A DNA stretch of 63,544 bases from Octopus bimaculoides (GCF_001194135.2 NC_068986.1:105887730-105951273); one strand, 5' to 3'. Shown: positions 1 through 34,374, counted from the stretch's first letter. Program-made: numbers and translations. Notes: generated by a model not told the origin, from the letters alone.

Positions 1-463
1 AGAATAATTAGAACTAATTATTGTCATCATTAACACCTATTTTCCAGTGTCTGCTTTGGCATGGCTTCTATGACTGAATGCCATTTACAACCACTTTATA
101 ATGTGTACTGGGTACTTTTTATGGATACCAGCATGACACTAAACACTCTCATGATTACCATTACCAACACCACATCTCTTTTAATTGCTATTCTCTACTC
201 TTCTCCTTGTACCTATAGTAGAAAGGATTATCATTATTATAATTATTGTTGTTGTTGTTGTTATCATTATTAGGCGGGGGGTGAGCTGGCAGAATTGTTA
301 GCACGTCGAGTGAAATGCTTAGTGGCATTTCATCTGTCTTTACGTTCTGAGTTCAAATTTTGCCGAGGTAGACTTTGCCTTTCATCCTTTCAGGGTCGAT
401 GTAATCGACTTGTCACCTTCCCAAATTTCAGGCCTTGTGCCTATAGTCAAAAGGATTATTATT

Positions 464-495
<32 letters not shown>

Positions 496-1530
496 GGCAG
501 TGAGCTGGTAGATTTGTTAACAGGCTGATCGAAATGCTTAGCAGTATTTTGGCTGCCACTACATTCTGAGTTCAAATTCTGCTGAGGACAACTTTGCCTC
601 TCATCCTTTTGGATTTGAAGAAATAAGTACCAGTAATGCACTGGAGTCGATGTAACCAACTAGCCCCCCTCCCCTCAAAATTTTCAAGGCTCTGTGTCTA
701 GAGTAGAAATGGTTATTATGATTGCCAACCTTAAATATTTTCTTAGACATATTTCTAAGTTGCTATGCATTTGCTGGATAAGTGAAGACCTCTTCCTGAC
801 AGTCTGGTGTTCTTGGAGAGTAATTTTGGTGAGGTGGTGCCAATTGTTCTAAGGTTTGTATGTGTGTGTTTGTGTGAAAGAGAGAGACGAAGTAAGGATT
901 AAAAAATGAGTATGCAAATATAGACGCATAAGTTTGGCGTTAGGAAGGGCATCCAGCTGTAGAAACTCTGCCAAATTAGATTGGAGCCTGGTGTTGCNNN
1001 NNNNNNNTGATGATGAAGTATATATGGAAAAGAAAAGGAGAGATAGGAAGACAGATAGAAAAACAAAGAGAAGAGAGAGAGAGAGAGAGGTTATATCATC
1101 ATCACCACCATCGTCGTCGTCATAGTCATCATCATCATCATCATCAGTTTCAATGTCCACTTTTCCATGTGTGCATGGGGCAGATGGAATGAACAAGAGA
1201 GATGATTGTTCTATGGCTGGATGCCCTTCCTGTCACCAACCCATACCTGAATCCCAGCAAGGGAATATTTACCCCAAGGACAGATATGTTTCCACAGAAG
1301 ATTGGAAGCGATTGACACTGCCTGTACGACAGTGATCTATCATGTGTCACTATAAGGAGACATAAACATAAACATATACACTCATAGAACAGGCTTCTTT
1401 CAGTTTCCATTGACCACATTCACTCACAAGGCTCTGGGTGGTCATAAACTGTTGCTGAAAACATTTGCTCATGGCGTCTCACAGTGGAACTGAACCTGAA
1501 GCCATTTGGTTGCAAAGCAAAATTCTTAAC

Positions 1531-1800
1531 CAGAGAGAGAGAGGGGAGAGGGAGAGAGAGAGGGAGACAGAGAGATAGAGAGACAAAGAGAGAGAGAGAA
1601 ACAGGGAGAGGAGACAGAGAGAGAGAAGGGAGTGAGATAGATAGTGAGAAAGGGATAGAGAGAGACAGAGAGGGATAGAGGCAGACAGGGATAGAGAGAG
1701 AGAGAGAGAGAGAAAGAGAGGGAGACAGAGAGAGGGATAGAGAAAGTGAGACAAAGTGGGATAAACAGATAGAGGGAGACAGAGAGAGACAGAGAGATAG
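1531..1800. repeat. (GA)-rich polypurine tract
   Basis: About 270 bp of imperfect GAGA/GGGAGA/GATAGA on the plus strand. Confidence 0.9.
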
Positions 1801-2439
1801 ATACATTTCTTTTATTAGCCACACAGGGCTCAACAAAGATGGGACAAATACAATGTAGAGCTTTTCTTTTGGGGAGGGGGAAGGGAAAAAAAAGGGGGTG
1901 TGTCGATCAAAAGAGATCGTAGGAAGGGAAAAAGGGGGGAGTTCGANNNNNNNNNNNNNNNNNNNNNNNNNNNNNNNNNNNNNNNNNNNNNNNNNNNNNN
2001 NNNNNNNNNNNNNNNNNNNNNNNNNNNNNNNNNNNNNNNNNNNNNNNNNNNNNNNNNNNNNNNNNNNNNNNNNNNNNNNNNNNNNNNNNNNNNNNNNNNN
2101 NNNNNNNNNNNNNNNNNNNNNNNNNNNNNNNNNNNNNNNNNNNNNNNNNNNNNNNNNNNNNNNNNNNNNNNNNNNNNNNNNNNNNNNNNNNNNNNNNNNN
2201 NNNNNNNNNNNNNNNNNNNNNNNNNNNNNNNNNNNNNNNNNNNNNNNNNNNNNNNNNNNNNNNNNNNNNNNNNNNNNNNNNNNNNNNNNNNNNNNNNNNN
2301 NNNNNNNNNNNNNNNNNNNNNNNNNNNNNNNNNNNNNNNNNNNNNNNNNNNNNNNNNNNNNNNNNNNNNNNNNNNNNNNNNNNNNNNNNNNNNNNNNNNN
2401 NNNNNNNNNNNNNNNNNNNNNNNNNNNNNNNNNNNNNNN

Positions 2440-22511
<20,072 letters not shown>

Positions 22512-22662
22512 GCTCAACGTAAACTTCTGATTAAGTGATGTTGTGTGAAGAAGCACATGTCACAGCGGTGCTTTAATTAAACTCACCGGCTGGAGTGTAA
22601 GGGAGATCACTCACAATTACATATTCTTCAGTTTTTTTGAGACTTTTTGGTGGACCTTTACA
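22512..22662 (-). promoter_or_regulatory. Putative RARS2 5' UTR / proximal promoter
   Basis: Unique sequence between the ATG and the nearest upstream SINE. The 20.7-22.6 kb region looks CpG-richer than its surroundings by eye (not computed). Confidence 0.4.
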
Positions 22663-23026
22663 CTTTTACTTGTTTCAGTCTTTTGACTGTGGCCATGCTG
22701 GAGCACCGCCTTTAGTCGAGCAAATCGACCCCAGGACTTATTCTTTAGAAGCCTAGTACTTATTCTATCGGTCTCTTTTGCCGAACCGCTAAGTTACGGG
22801 GACAAACACAGACACACAAACATATACACACATACATATATATATATATATATACATATATACGACGGGCTTCTTTCAGTTTCCGTCTACCAAATCCACT
22901 CACAAGGCTTTGGTTGGCCCGAGGCTATAGTAGAAGACACTTGCCCAAGATGCCACGCAGTGGGACTGAACCCGGGACCATGTGGTTGGTCAGCAAGCTA
23001 CTTACCACACAGCCACTCCTACGCCT
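22663..23026 (-). mobile_element. Family B tRNA-derived SINE (near-intact)
   Basis: Head GGCTGTGTGGTAAGTAGCTTGC...GGGTTCAGTCCC (A/B boxes), internal (TA)/(TG) microsatellite, tail GTCAAAAGACTGAAACAAGTAAAAG; other copies near 18925, 38735, 46885 and 55687. Confidence 0.8.
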
Positions 23027-24809
23027 ATAACACTTCCAGTTGAACAATATTTTAAGTTACCTCCCGGCAATCATCATCATCCTATAACCTGTTGCTGCTG
23101 CTGCTAAAGCGCAACAAGTATTTTGTTGGGGTTAGGCTGAAATAATTTCAAGGGAAATTTGTAGATGAATTAAAAATCGTTCTAATTCAGATTCATTGTG
23201 TGTTTCTTCGAGATTTGTTTAAGTTCTTTGGGGAATTCAAGCTGGTCACTACCAGAGTAACATTAGCTTTCGTGTTTGAATCCATACATTAGGAATTTGT
23301 GAATTAGCATGTGCACATGTGTAGGTGCATGTGAAGGTATATGCTTGCACTCATATAATAGATGCACATAAACACATACATAAGCACACACACACACAAT
23401 ATTGTACTAAAAGGGTGTGCACATATGACTGCCCATATGGTCATTTTAGGAAACTCTCCCCTTTAAAACATGCCTGTCCCATCACAAACAATAAATAACA
23501 GACGAATAACAAATGTCATTTCTCCAAGCCACTTGTATCACTCTTATCTGTACCCCTCCATAATGATATTTCCCACCAATCACACCTCCACCCTTCTTCA
23601 TCAATCTCAACATCCACCTCTACACACCCATCTTTAACCATCTGTCACTCTGATCTCACATTCTTGTGAAATTACTCACCCTTTTTTCTCCTCCTGTATT
23701 CTTTCTCATGTCTTGAAAGTATGTTCTGGTATTCCACCACTGTCATCTTTCTCTTTATCATACCTATTCTCACCTGCTCTCATGTATAATGCAGGGCAGT
23801 CCTGTATAGCAAGACACCAGCGCTTGTCCCACTATCATACTTTAGCCTTCAACAGCTAGCATAAAGCCACCTCCTCTCTCAAACACACCCCGACTCAGGT
23901 CATTGGTTGGGTGTCTTTTCCCTAAACATTTCTCTTGCAAGTTACTTGGTGACATCAGTAGTGCCAGTCGGAATGGCATCCAGCCGTAGAAATCATTAGA
24001 ACCCGTTGCAGTCCTGTGACTCGTCAGATCCAGTCAAACCGTCCAACACATGCCAGCATGGAAAATAGGCAATAAATGATGCTGAAATCAGCTTGTTGTG
24101 TTCTTTGTTGGAAAATCTCTATGTTGCACTTATCACTTATTGTTATATAACTCTCTGTGGCTATGTAATAGGTACAGATAAACATCTGTGGCTCACATAC
24201 AAGATTTGTAAATGCTGCATAAGTTACCCTGTAGATGCTTGTTTCCATCCTACCCAACTGTGGGCATGATTTCGTTCCTTGTGTCATACAATACCATGTC
24301 AATTGTGTTTGACTGGATTGCTGTTTTCATTGGAATATTTCATCAATATTCTTTACTCGTAAAGTTGTAGATACATTCAAATTCTGGGGTGCCATTGGTA
24401 TGAATGCTAGGACAATCTGTCTTGTAGATAGAATTGTAAATAGTTTTAGCATCATACAAATCATCATCATCATCATCGTTGTCGTTTAACGTCCGCTTTC
24501 CATGCTAGCACGGGTTGGATGATTCGACTGAGGACTGGTGGACCAGGTGGCTACACCAGGCTCCAATCTGATTTGGCAGAGTTTCTACAGCTGGATGCCC
24601 TTCCTAACACCATAATGGTGTTGTTAATTTTCAGTCTTCTGAGGGAAGATGTGCAACCATGGGGAAAAATACAGGTGTGAGTTAGAAATGACAGGTGAGT
24701 ATTGGCAGCAACAAGAAGGGCATCCAGCCATAGATAATCTTCCTCAATAAATTCTATCTGACCCATGCAGGTATGGAACAGTGGCCATTAAAACGATGGT
24801 GGTTCTCAC

Positions 24810-25060
24810 CACGTAAAATACACCATTTTGAGTGTTGCCGTTGCCAGTACCGCCTGACTGGCCATCGTGCCGGTGGCACATAAAAGCACCCACTACACTC
24901 TCGGAGTGGTTGGCGTTAAGAAGGGCATCCAGCTGTAGAAACTCTGCCAGATCAGATTGGAGCCTGGTGCAGCCATCTGGTTTGCCAGTCCTCAGTCAAA
25001 TCGTCCAACCCATGCTAGCATGGAAAGCGGACGTTAAACGATGATGATGATGATGATGAT
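24810..25060 (+). mobile_element. Family A copy (young, near consensus)
   Basis: Near-identical to 42030-42225, 48370-48680 and 37728-37910. Confidence 0.8.
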
Positions 25061-27012
25061 TATATACACAATGTACTAATTGACTTTTACTGTTCTGTAG
25101 GTGTTGTTTAAGAGATACAATGCAGCGCTTGATGGCCATTTGAATTGCCCGTATTCTTCTGCCTTGCCATGCATGGGATATCCACCGCCAAGTGAATAAT
25201 GTACTCGGTATAAGATATTCATTGAAGTTTAAACATTTTCAATTCATTATATACAAGAAAGGGTCCTTCATCAAATATCATAATCCGTACATCTTACACA
25301 AGATAGACAAAAATCAACAATAAATAGAAACAAATTAAAAAATAAACATAAACATATTTTTCTATTTATTCAGAAACAATTTTGAATTTATTTACAGTAA
25401 ATTATTGATATTAAAAAAAAAAGTATTAATATCACAGTGATTCACGGAATATCTCATTATTCTAATAAACAGCACACTCTATCATGTGATATGCTATTGT
25501 TCTGACATATATCTAGTTTTTATGTGATATGTGTTTGTGTGTGTTTGTACTCAAAAAACAAAAAAAAAAGAACATTGTTGACAGGGTAACCAACATTGGC
25601 TGTCAAGCGATGGTTGGCAGACAAACACAAACACACACATACAAATATGCACACACACACACACACATATGTACAGCGGGCTCCTTTCAGTTTCCATCTA
25701 TCAAGTCCACTTACAAGGCTTTGGTTGGCCTGAGGCTATAGTAGAAGACACTTGCCCAAGGTGCCATGCAGTGGGACTGAACCCAAAACCATGTGGTTGG
25801 TAAGCAAGCTACTTACCACACAGCCATGCTGCATATGTCATTTCAATAGATATCACATGCTTCCACCAATAGCACCACAAAAACAAGAGCTGTATTCTTT
25901 GGTTGAACTATCCGAAGCCTGTTATTATGGTTTGGATAGTTCTTCAGTAAATTAATATATTTGCAATTAATTTGTTGGAGCAAGTCACACTTTCATATCT
26001 GGGGGGAACAGACAGGGACACACAGACACACACACTATTTCTTGTAAATTTCCAACTTAATTATGAAGCTGGAATAAGTTGATGAAAACAAGTACAGAAC
26101 AACTGCTCCGGTAATATGCAAATATTCCAAACTTTAATTAATTAACAAATCATACCAAAAAAAAAAAAAAAAAAAATTTACAAAAACCTTCCCTTCTTAA
26201 TACTGGTTTCAAATTTTGGCACAAGGCAAGCAATTTTAGGGGAGGGTGTAAGTCGATTACATCGACCCCAGTACACAACTGGTATTTATTTCATTGATCC
26301 TGAATGGGATGAAAGCAAAGTTGACCTTGGTGAAATTTGAACCCAGAATGTAAAGATGGACAAAATGCTGTGGTGCATTTTGCCCGGGGTGTGAATGATT
26401 CTGCCAGCTCACCACCCTCGCCACTCCCTAATATTGGCCAGAGGTCAGTTTTTGTTGTGTGTATGTCTAAGTGGCTGCCTGTCTATCCACACCCCACCAC
26501 CACAACCATCACCACCGCTGCACACATACACACACATACAAACACACATGCACACGCACACAAACACAAACAGGCGCCACACACCCACACACAAACATGT
26601 GCTGTACATACACACACACAAACACGCACACACATACAAACACATTCACATACAGCACACACACACACAGACAAACATGCGCTACACACACACACACAAA
26701 CATGTGCCACACTAACACGCACACAAACATGCCCCCCCCCCCACATACACAATATCCATGAACTTAAGCTCTGTAACCCCAATGTGCTTGACCGCCAATC
26801 AACTTCTCTCTGCCCATACAGTATGCGTATACATTTTCAATGGATATATATTTGTATACATTCACACAAAACTACACACTTGTACATAAACACACACACA
26901 CACACACTCTCACATCTAAAAATATGGACATGAGTTCGCATCTATGCATTTGTGTCTCTAGACGCAGACAGAAACGGAGTGTCATTGTGCATCGGTTGGC
27001 AATCTGGACGCT

Positions 27013-27138
27013 TCACTTCTGCAGGACTTTTATGAATGCATCTCGAGGGACATCCACGTTTCCGATCCGACGTAACTTCTTCTTCCCCTCAGCCTGGTGT
27101 CGAAGGAGCTTCATTTTGCGTGTGATATCACCACCATA
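27013..27138 (-). CDS. GUF1: GUF1 exon 17/17, terminal ([41 protein letters not shown])
   Basis: YGGD..RK motif; ttacag| acceptor; TGA at 27013-27015. Confidence 0.97.
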   Translation of the reverse strand, partial: YGGDITRKMKLLRHQAEGKKKLRRIGNVDVPRDAFIKVLQK

Positions 27139-27176
27139 CTGTAAATACAGAGCAGAGGCAAAGGGTTCAAGCAGCG

Positions 27177-27213
<37 letters not shown>

Positions 27214-29739
27214 GCCCTGATGCAGTACCAGGCAGTGGCTCTCATGGCTTCTGATCTTAATTGATTGGAAGTGTTATCATGTACATTGTTTTGTCTTGGT
27301 ATTAAAAGATGGGCTACAGCAAATATTCTGCTCAATACCACAGATTTACTTGTCAGTTGTTTGACCTTAACCAGTTGAGCATGTCCCTTGGTGGCTGACG
27401 ATATGTACATCTCTGATCATGAGCAGAAGTAGTGAGGGAGCATCATAGTCATGTGTTGAGAGGAATTCTTTGGGGTTTGAATAATTCACCTTTGNNNNNN
27501 NNNNGAAGTAGTGGGGGAGCATCATAGTCATGTGTTGAGAGGAATTCTTTGGGGTTTGAATAATTCACCTTTGGAAACATGGGTGTTTTGCTCAACAACC
27601 TTAAACAACCCTTATTCAGGGACCTTTTGAGCAGGATGGGCTACTCGACCTGAAGAAAATTCTAACTGGGCCCCACCTGCGAGGTCATGTGCTGTTTATC
27701 TTGATATGAGATCATGATGTCATGCACATATGGTTGTGATGCATGTGCCTGGTGTACCCTTATCAGACGGGTAGTCACGATGGGTATGCAGGGTTTCGTA
27801 TATTTTACCCCAGTGTCACTTTGATGGCATGCACTGCTCTCTCAATAATAATAATAATAATAATAATAATGTAAAAGTGATACCACTGGTGAGTGGAGAG
27901 TGCTGGGCTCAATCCCATTGAAACTTAAAAGCTTCTTAAGGCAACTGGAAATCCCATGCAAGATTGATCTCTTGCAAAAAGCAGTCGTATTGGGCATAGC
28001 ACACATCTTAAGGAAAGTATTATCTGTCTGAGATCCTTGTTGTGACTCGACAGATGACTAAAGACTCCGTTGCATTTTTACCTACACTGTGTTACGAAGG
28101 AATAATAATAACACTAAGAATAATAAAAGTGGGAAATATGAAGATTGTGGTGAATGAAGAGAGAAGACGTGATACCAATAGTAATTGGTGTACTTGGAAG
28201 TATCAGCACTCAAGTACCATCATGGCTGGAAAAGATCGGTTCAAGTCTGAAGATAGAATACCTACGAAAATCAGCATTGCTTGGAACTGCAAGAATTCTT
28301 CGCAGGATTCTTGAAGCATGACCAGTAAAACAAGTGCCACCTTAGTCTGCTGCCTGAGGAGGGATAACACTTTCTATGATACCCAGCAAAATAGGCTGTG
28401 AGCTTTCATATGATAATACTGGCATCCTTGCTAGTGGAGCGCTAAGAGCACCATCTGAGAGTGATCATTGCCAGGGCCGCTGACTGGCCCCTGTGTCCAA
28501 CCCATGCCAGCATAGAAAGCAGCTGTTAAACGATGATGATGAGGGAGAGAGAGAGTGAAGGAATGAGGCATAGAAAGAAAAGAAAGATTAACAAGAGAAA
28601 CCTCTTCAAAAATACTTACACACTTTGAAAGCACGTCTTTCTTGTAAGGTTTGATATCCTCTCGAGCGATGATTTTACTGCCAGTGCTTCCTTGGATGAT
28701 CACGTGATACAACTGTCGTGGTATGGCAGTCTGTAATTTAGCACATGTCCTCTTGGCAAGTTGTCTGGCTTTCGATACATGACAAATCATGGTTAGCTCA
28801 TCCACAGGTTTACTATTCAGGGAGAACATCAACTGTACGGAAGGAACAAAAATAAAAAGAAACAAATAGGGTAAAAAACAAAAAAAGATTTGGATTAAAT
28901 AATAAATTACTCTTTTACTTGTTTCAGTCATTTGACTGCGGCCATGCTGGAGCACTGCCTTTAGTCGAGCAAATCGACTCCAGCACTTATTCTTTGTAAG
29001 CCTAGTACTTATTCTATCGGTCTCTTTTGCTGAACCGCTAAGTTACGAGGACGTAAACACACCAGCATCAGTTGTCAAGCGATGTTGGGGTGGACAAACA
29101 CAGACAAATAAACATATACACACACATACATACACTGGCAGAAACGTTAGCACGCCGGGCGAAATGCATAGCGGTATTTCGTGTGCCACTACGTTCTTGA
29201 GTTCAAATTCCGCCGAGGTCGACTTTGCCTTTCATCCTTTCGGGGTCGATCAAATAAGTACCAGTTACGCACTGGGGTCGGTATAATCGACTTAATCTGT
29301 TTGTCTGTCCTTGTTTGTCCCCTCTGTGTGTAGCCCCTTGTGGGTAGTAAAGAAATAACACATACATACACATATATATCTATAATATAAATTGGACATG
29401 GGCGATTGTTGTATTCTTTCTTGTCTTGAGGTTCACAGCCAAATGGCTGGGTGGATTTACGTGAAAAATGGCACACATGTAGAGACGGGTGCATAGATTG
29501 GAATGCAGTTTGTATTTTTTTCCTAGCCCCCATAGTTACTGAGAAAATCGATTAAAACTTTTCCTAATGGAATTCCCTTGTTTGTTCTATCATTAAAACA
29601 ACCAGTTGCTCACACAGCCGGCGTATACCATTTTGCTAGCAACAAGGGGTCTTCTTAGCTACACAACTCTACTACTACTTCTGACTACTACAACTACTAC
29701 TACTTCTGATTACTAATACTATTACTACTACTATTTTTG

Positions 29740-29799
<60 letters not shown>

Positions 29800-32700
29800 C
29801 ACCTTGACAAGGGATGATGACTGGTATCCGTAATCTTCATAATCAAAACTGTAAGAAACAAAAACAACATATCAATCAAGGTAGTTCAGTATTATGTAGT
29901 AGCGGTGGTAGTGGAGGTAGTAGTGATAATGATGGTGGTGGTGGTGGTGATGCTGGTGGTAGTGGTGCTGGTGGTAGTGGTGTTGCGGTGGGAGTGGTGG
30001 TGGTGGTGGTGGCGGTAGTAGTGATGCTTGTAGAAGTGATTGTTGTTGTGGTGGTGGTGGTGGTGGTGCTTGTAATAGTGGTAGTGATTGTGGTGATAGT
30101 GGTGGCAATGACAGTGATGACGGTGGGACTAAACTTGAAACCACGAGATTGTGAAAGCAACCTTCTTAACCACACAGCCACGCGTGTGCCTATACAACTT
30201 TATCATCATTAATCTGGTGTTTGGGACATAATTTAAAAAAGTTGACCTCAGCAGGATTTGAACTCAGAATGTAAAGAAGTCAGACACCTTTCCTAACGCC
30301 AACCACTTCACAGAGTGTGCTGGGTGCTTTTACATGGCACTTGTATGTGACACCACACTGGCACTTTTACGTGACACTGCGCGGGTGCTTTTATGTGCCA
30401 CCGCCACGAGTGCTTTACATCATCAGGTGGCACATTTTTCTAAGGTGCCACGCAGTGGGGACAAACTTGGACATGTATTGGTTATAGTGTAGTCACAGTA
30501 GGATGGCCAAATTATGTTGTATGGGATGTAGTGTGGATGTGTGGTTATGCTGTAGAGAATATCGTATTGTGGTGTAGACATATAGCTTGGTCTTTTTCCT
30601 TTTCTTCTGTTCTTTTCTGAAAGTTACCTGGAAACCTTACTAATGATGGTGGCACGAAGGAAGCACCCAGTACACTCTGTAAAGTGATTGGGTTTAGGAA
30701 GGGCATCCAGCTGTAAGAACCTGTGCCAAAGATGACACTGGAGCTTGACGCAGCCCGGTAGCTTGCAGGTTCCTTATTGAAATGTTCAACTCATGCCAGT
30801 GCTGGGAAGCAAACATCATCATCATCATCGTTTAACGTCCGCTTTCCATGCTAGCATGGGTTGGACGATTTGACTGAGGACTGGTGAAACCAGATGGCTG
30901 CACCAGGCTCCAGTCTGATTTGGCAGAGTTTCTACAGCTGGATGCCCTTCCTAACGCCAACCACTCCGAGAGTGTAGTGGGTGCTTTTTACATGCCACCG
31001 GCACGAGGATGTTAAATGATAATGATAAAAGGAAGATGAATGTAGACATATGGCATAGAAATGTGTGTAGGAAATATGTGTGAGTAAATGTAATAATAAT
31101 AATAACAACAACAACAACAATAATAATAATAATAATCATCATCATCATAAACCACCACCACCACCACTGCTGCCGTCATCAACATCATCATTTAATGTCC
31201 ACCTGCCATGCTGGTATGGAAGGGACAGTTCGACAAGAGCCAGCCAGGTACAAGCCTGCACCAGACTTCTGTAGCTATTTTGGCAGAATTTTTACAGCTG
31301 GAGGCCTTTTAAAACAGCAACCACTTTACAGTGTGGAGTGAGTGCTTTTAAGTGGCACTTGCCCTGACAGGATCACCAAGTACCTTGCAAGACAAAAAAA
31401 AAAGTGTGTATGAAAAATGTATAAATGTGGTGAGTGTATGAAGGATACATGAATGTGGCTGTGCATGTACATGTATGCGAACATGTGTGTATTATATGTA
31501 TATGCATGTGCATACAGGTATACAGGTGTGCCTGTATAAAACAACTTTGGGGGAAAAGCTCTCAAGCTGAATACTGACCTTGCATATCCAGAAGTCATTG
31601 ATTTGAGGTCATCAAAGAAATCTACCAAAATCTCATTGAGGGGGAAGACCATTGTGATCATGACACGATTGTCGTCTATGTTGAACTGATTCTTCAAGAC
31701 ACCACGCCGATCCTGAACAAAGAACAAAGAACTTCATGACAAACCACGTATGAATAGTTTCTTACTAAATGCAAAACAGGCATTCGACCTTCATTAGAAC
31801 ACTTCACATGTTAAAAGATTAGAATGTCCATTACCCAGTACACCCTTCCTAATGCCAACCTAAACACAGCATGCACTGGGTACTTTTCCATGCCACCAGC
31901 ATGGCTGAGGTCACCATGCAGACTGCAAATCTATGGAATCTGAGAACGGCAGATTTATGGTAGGAGATGAGGGGTTAAAGTGAGGGGCCCAGAGCAGAAC
32001 AGGTGTGTTGCCATGGAGCAGTCACATGGTTACTCACAAGTATAAAAGAGAGGGAGATGGTGAATAACCAGGGAGGGGCCGGGAAGATGTGCTTTTCTTC
32101 AGACTGTCTGCTCCTTCCTCCTTTTCCTCCTCTCTGGACTTTTTTTCATCCTACCACACAGCCATGCCTACACCTATATATAGTATAGACAATATTCTAA
32201 CATCATCATTATACTATATATGGTGATACACAAAAGATGGCAAGAATCGTTAGCGCGTCAAACAAAATGCTTAGTGATATTTCTTTTAGATCTTTATGTT
32301 CTGAGTTCAAATTCTGCTGGGGTCAATTTTTCCTTTCATTTCTTCAGCGCCAATAAAATTAAGTACCATTTGTCGTAATTGTTGTGGCCCTTCCCCTTGA
32401 AATTGTTGTTCTTGAACCCTTCAGAAGACTGGCATCCATTTCAAGGGGGAATCTGTGATCTCAGTCAATTATACATCATGGAAACCAGGGAACTAACCTT
32501 ATGAGTCCCTGCGGTCAAGAAGGAAAGAAAAAGAAGAGAGGCACAGGGGTGGCTGTATGGTAAGAAGTTTGCTCTCCAACCACATGGTTCTGGGTTCATT
32601 CCCACTGCATGGCACCTTGAGCAAATGTCTTCAACTATACCCTCAGGTTGACCAAAGCCTGGTGAATGAATCTGGTAGATAGAAACTGAAAAAAGCCTGT

Positions 32701-33064
32701 CATATATATACGGGAGCACTGCGCCGGTTACGATGATGAGGGCTCCAGCTGATACGATCAACGGAACAGCCTGCTTGTGAAATTAGCATGCAAGTGGCTG
32801 AGCACTCCACAGACACGTGTACCCTTAACGTAGTTCACGGGGAGATTCAGCGTGATACAGAGTGTGACAAGGCTGGCCTTTTGAAATACAGATACTACTC
32901 ATTTTTACCAGCTGAGTGGACTGGAGCAACGTGAAGTAAAGTGTCTTGCTCAAGGACACAATGCAGCACCAGGAATTGAACTCACGACCTTACGATCATC
33001 AGCCGAATACTCTAACTACTATGCCAAGTACCTTCATGCATACACACACACACATATATACATG

Positions 33065-33137
<73 letters not shown>

Positions 33138-33192
33138 TTCGAAACATATGTCGGAATAAAAGTATGCAGTTATAATATGCGTTTACTCCATT

Positions 33193-33228
<36 letters not shown>

Positions 33229-34318
33229 GTGTGTCTTCGTTTATCCCCCATCAGAGCTTGACAACCACTGTTGGTGTGTTTATGTCCCTGTAACTTAGCA
33301 GTTTGGCAAAAGAGATCAACAGAAAAGTACCAGGCTTAAAAAAATGTAAGTACTGGGGTAGATTCAGTCAATTAGAATCCTTCAATGTGGTGCCCCAGCA
33401 AGGCTTCAATCTAATGACTGACACAATAAAATCATAAAAAAAACAACCACACAACAGTAGACTAAGGATATTACATTACACGATATGCCTTACCATGCAT
33501 AGATTCATGATATCACCAATGTATTCAAGGGGTGTGATGATAGTCCCAAGTATCACAGGTTCCAGATACTCAGTAATAATGCTTGGATCAGGGAGCTACA
33601 AAAATATATAAATACAGATATATAACATAAAGGTTAGCGAGTGCGTGTGTGTGTGTGTGTGCATGCAATATTAATACTTATAATGTCTTACATGATATAT
33701 ATATAAAATTCATTATTTAAAGTTCCCTTTTCCATATTTGCAGGATCAGATGGAATTTGTCAAAGCAGGTTTTCTACAGGCAGATGCTCTTCCTGTCATC
33801 AACCTTCATTTGTTTCTTTCCAGGCATGGTAATATTTTCCTGTGGCCAGGCAGGATTTTCATAGAAGTCTGTCATCCACACAAACAGGTTTGTCCTACCA
33901 TCCATACACACAGCCTTGTCTTGTCATCTTTACATACAGCCTTGTCTTGTCCAGCTAAGTAAAACCGCTGTCATCCATACATACAGGCTTGTTCTTTATA
34001 GGTGCTGGTGCCACTTAAAAAGCAGCCATGCCAGTGCTGTGTAAACGCACCCATCCTTGTGGCACATAAAAAGCACCCAGCACACAGTGTAAAGTGGTTG
34101 GCGCTAGGAAGAGCATCCAGCTGTAGAAACCATGCCACAACAGACAGTTGGTGTCTGGACAGCTCCCCAAGAATGAACAACGTTGCTTTGTTTGACTGAG
34201 GCATGCTTACAACCATCAGATAACGTCAAGACAACGGTATATACAAACATGCATTATAGTTACTATAACAACCAAAACCTTGTGAGTGGATTTGATAGAT
34301 GGAAACTGAGAAAACCTG

Positions 34319-34374
<56 letters not shown>

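Noticed and set aside
24070-24450. Exon-like unique sequence between GUF1 and RARS2
   Set aside because: All frames have stops or lack splice sites; faint similarity to an RTE endonuclease suggests a decayed LINE, too weak to annotate.
26337-26933. His/Thr- or Cys/Val-rich ORFs and similar poly-I, poly-Y, poly-N, poly-D ORFs elsewhere
   Set aside because: Translations of (CA)n, (TA)n, (AAT)n and (GAT)n microsatellites; no splice or homology support.
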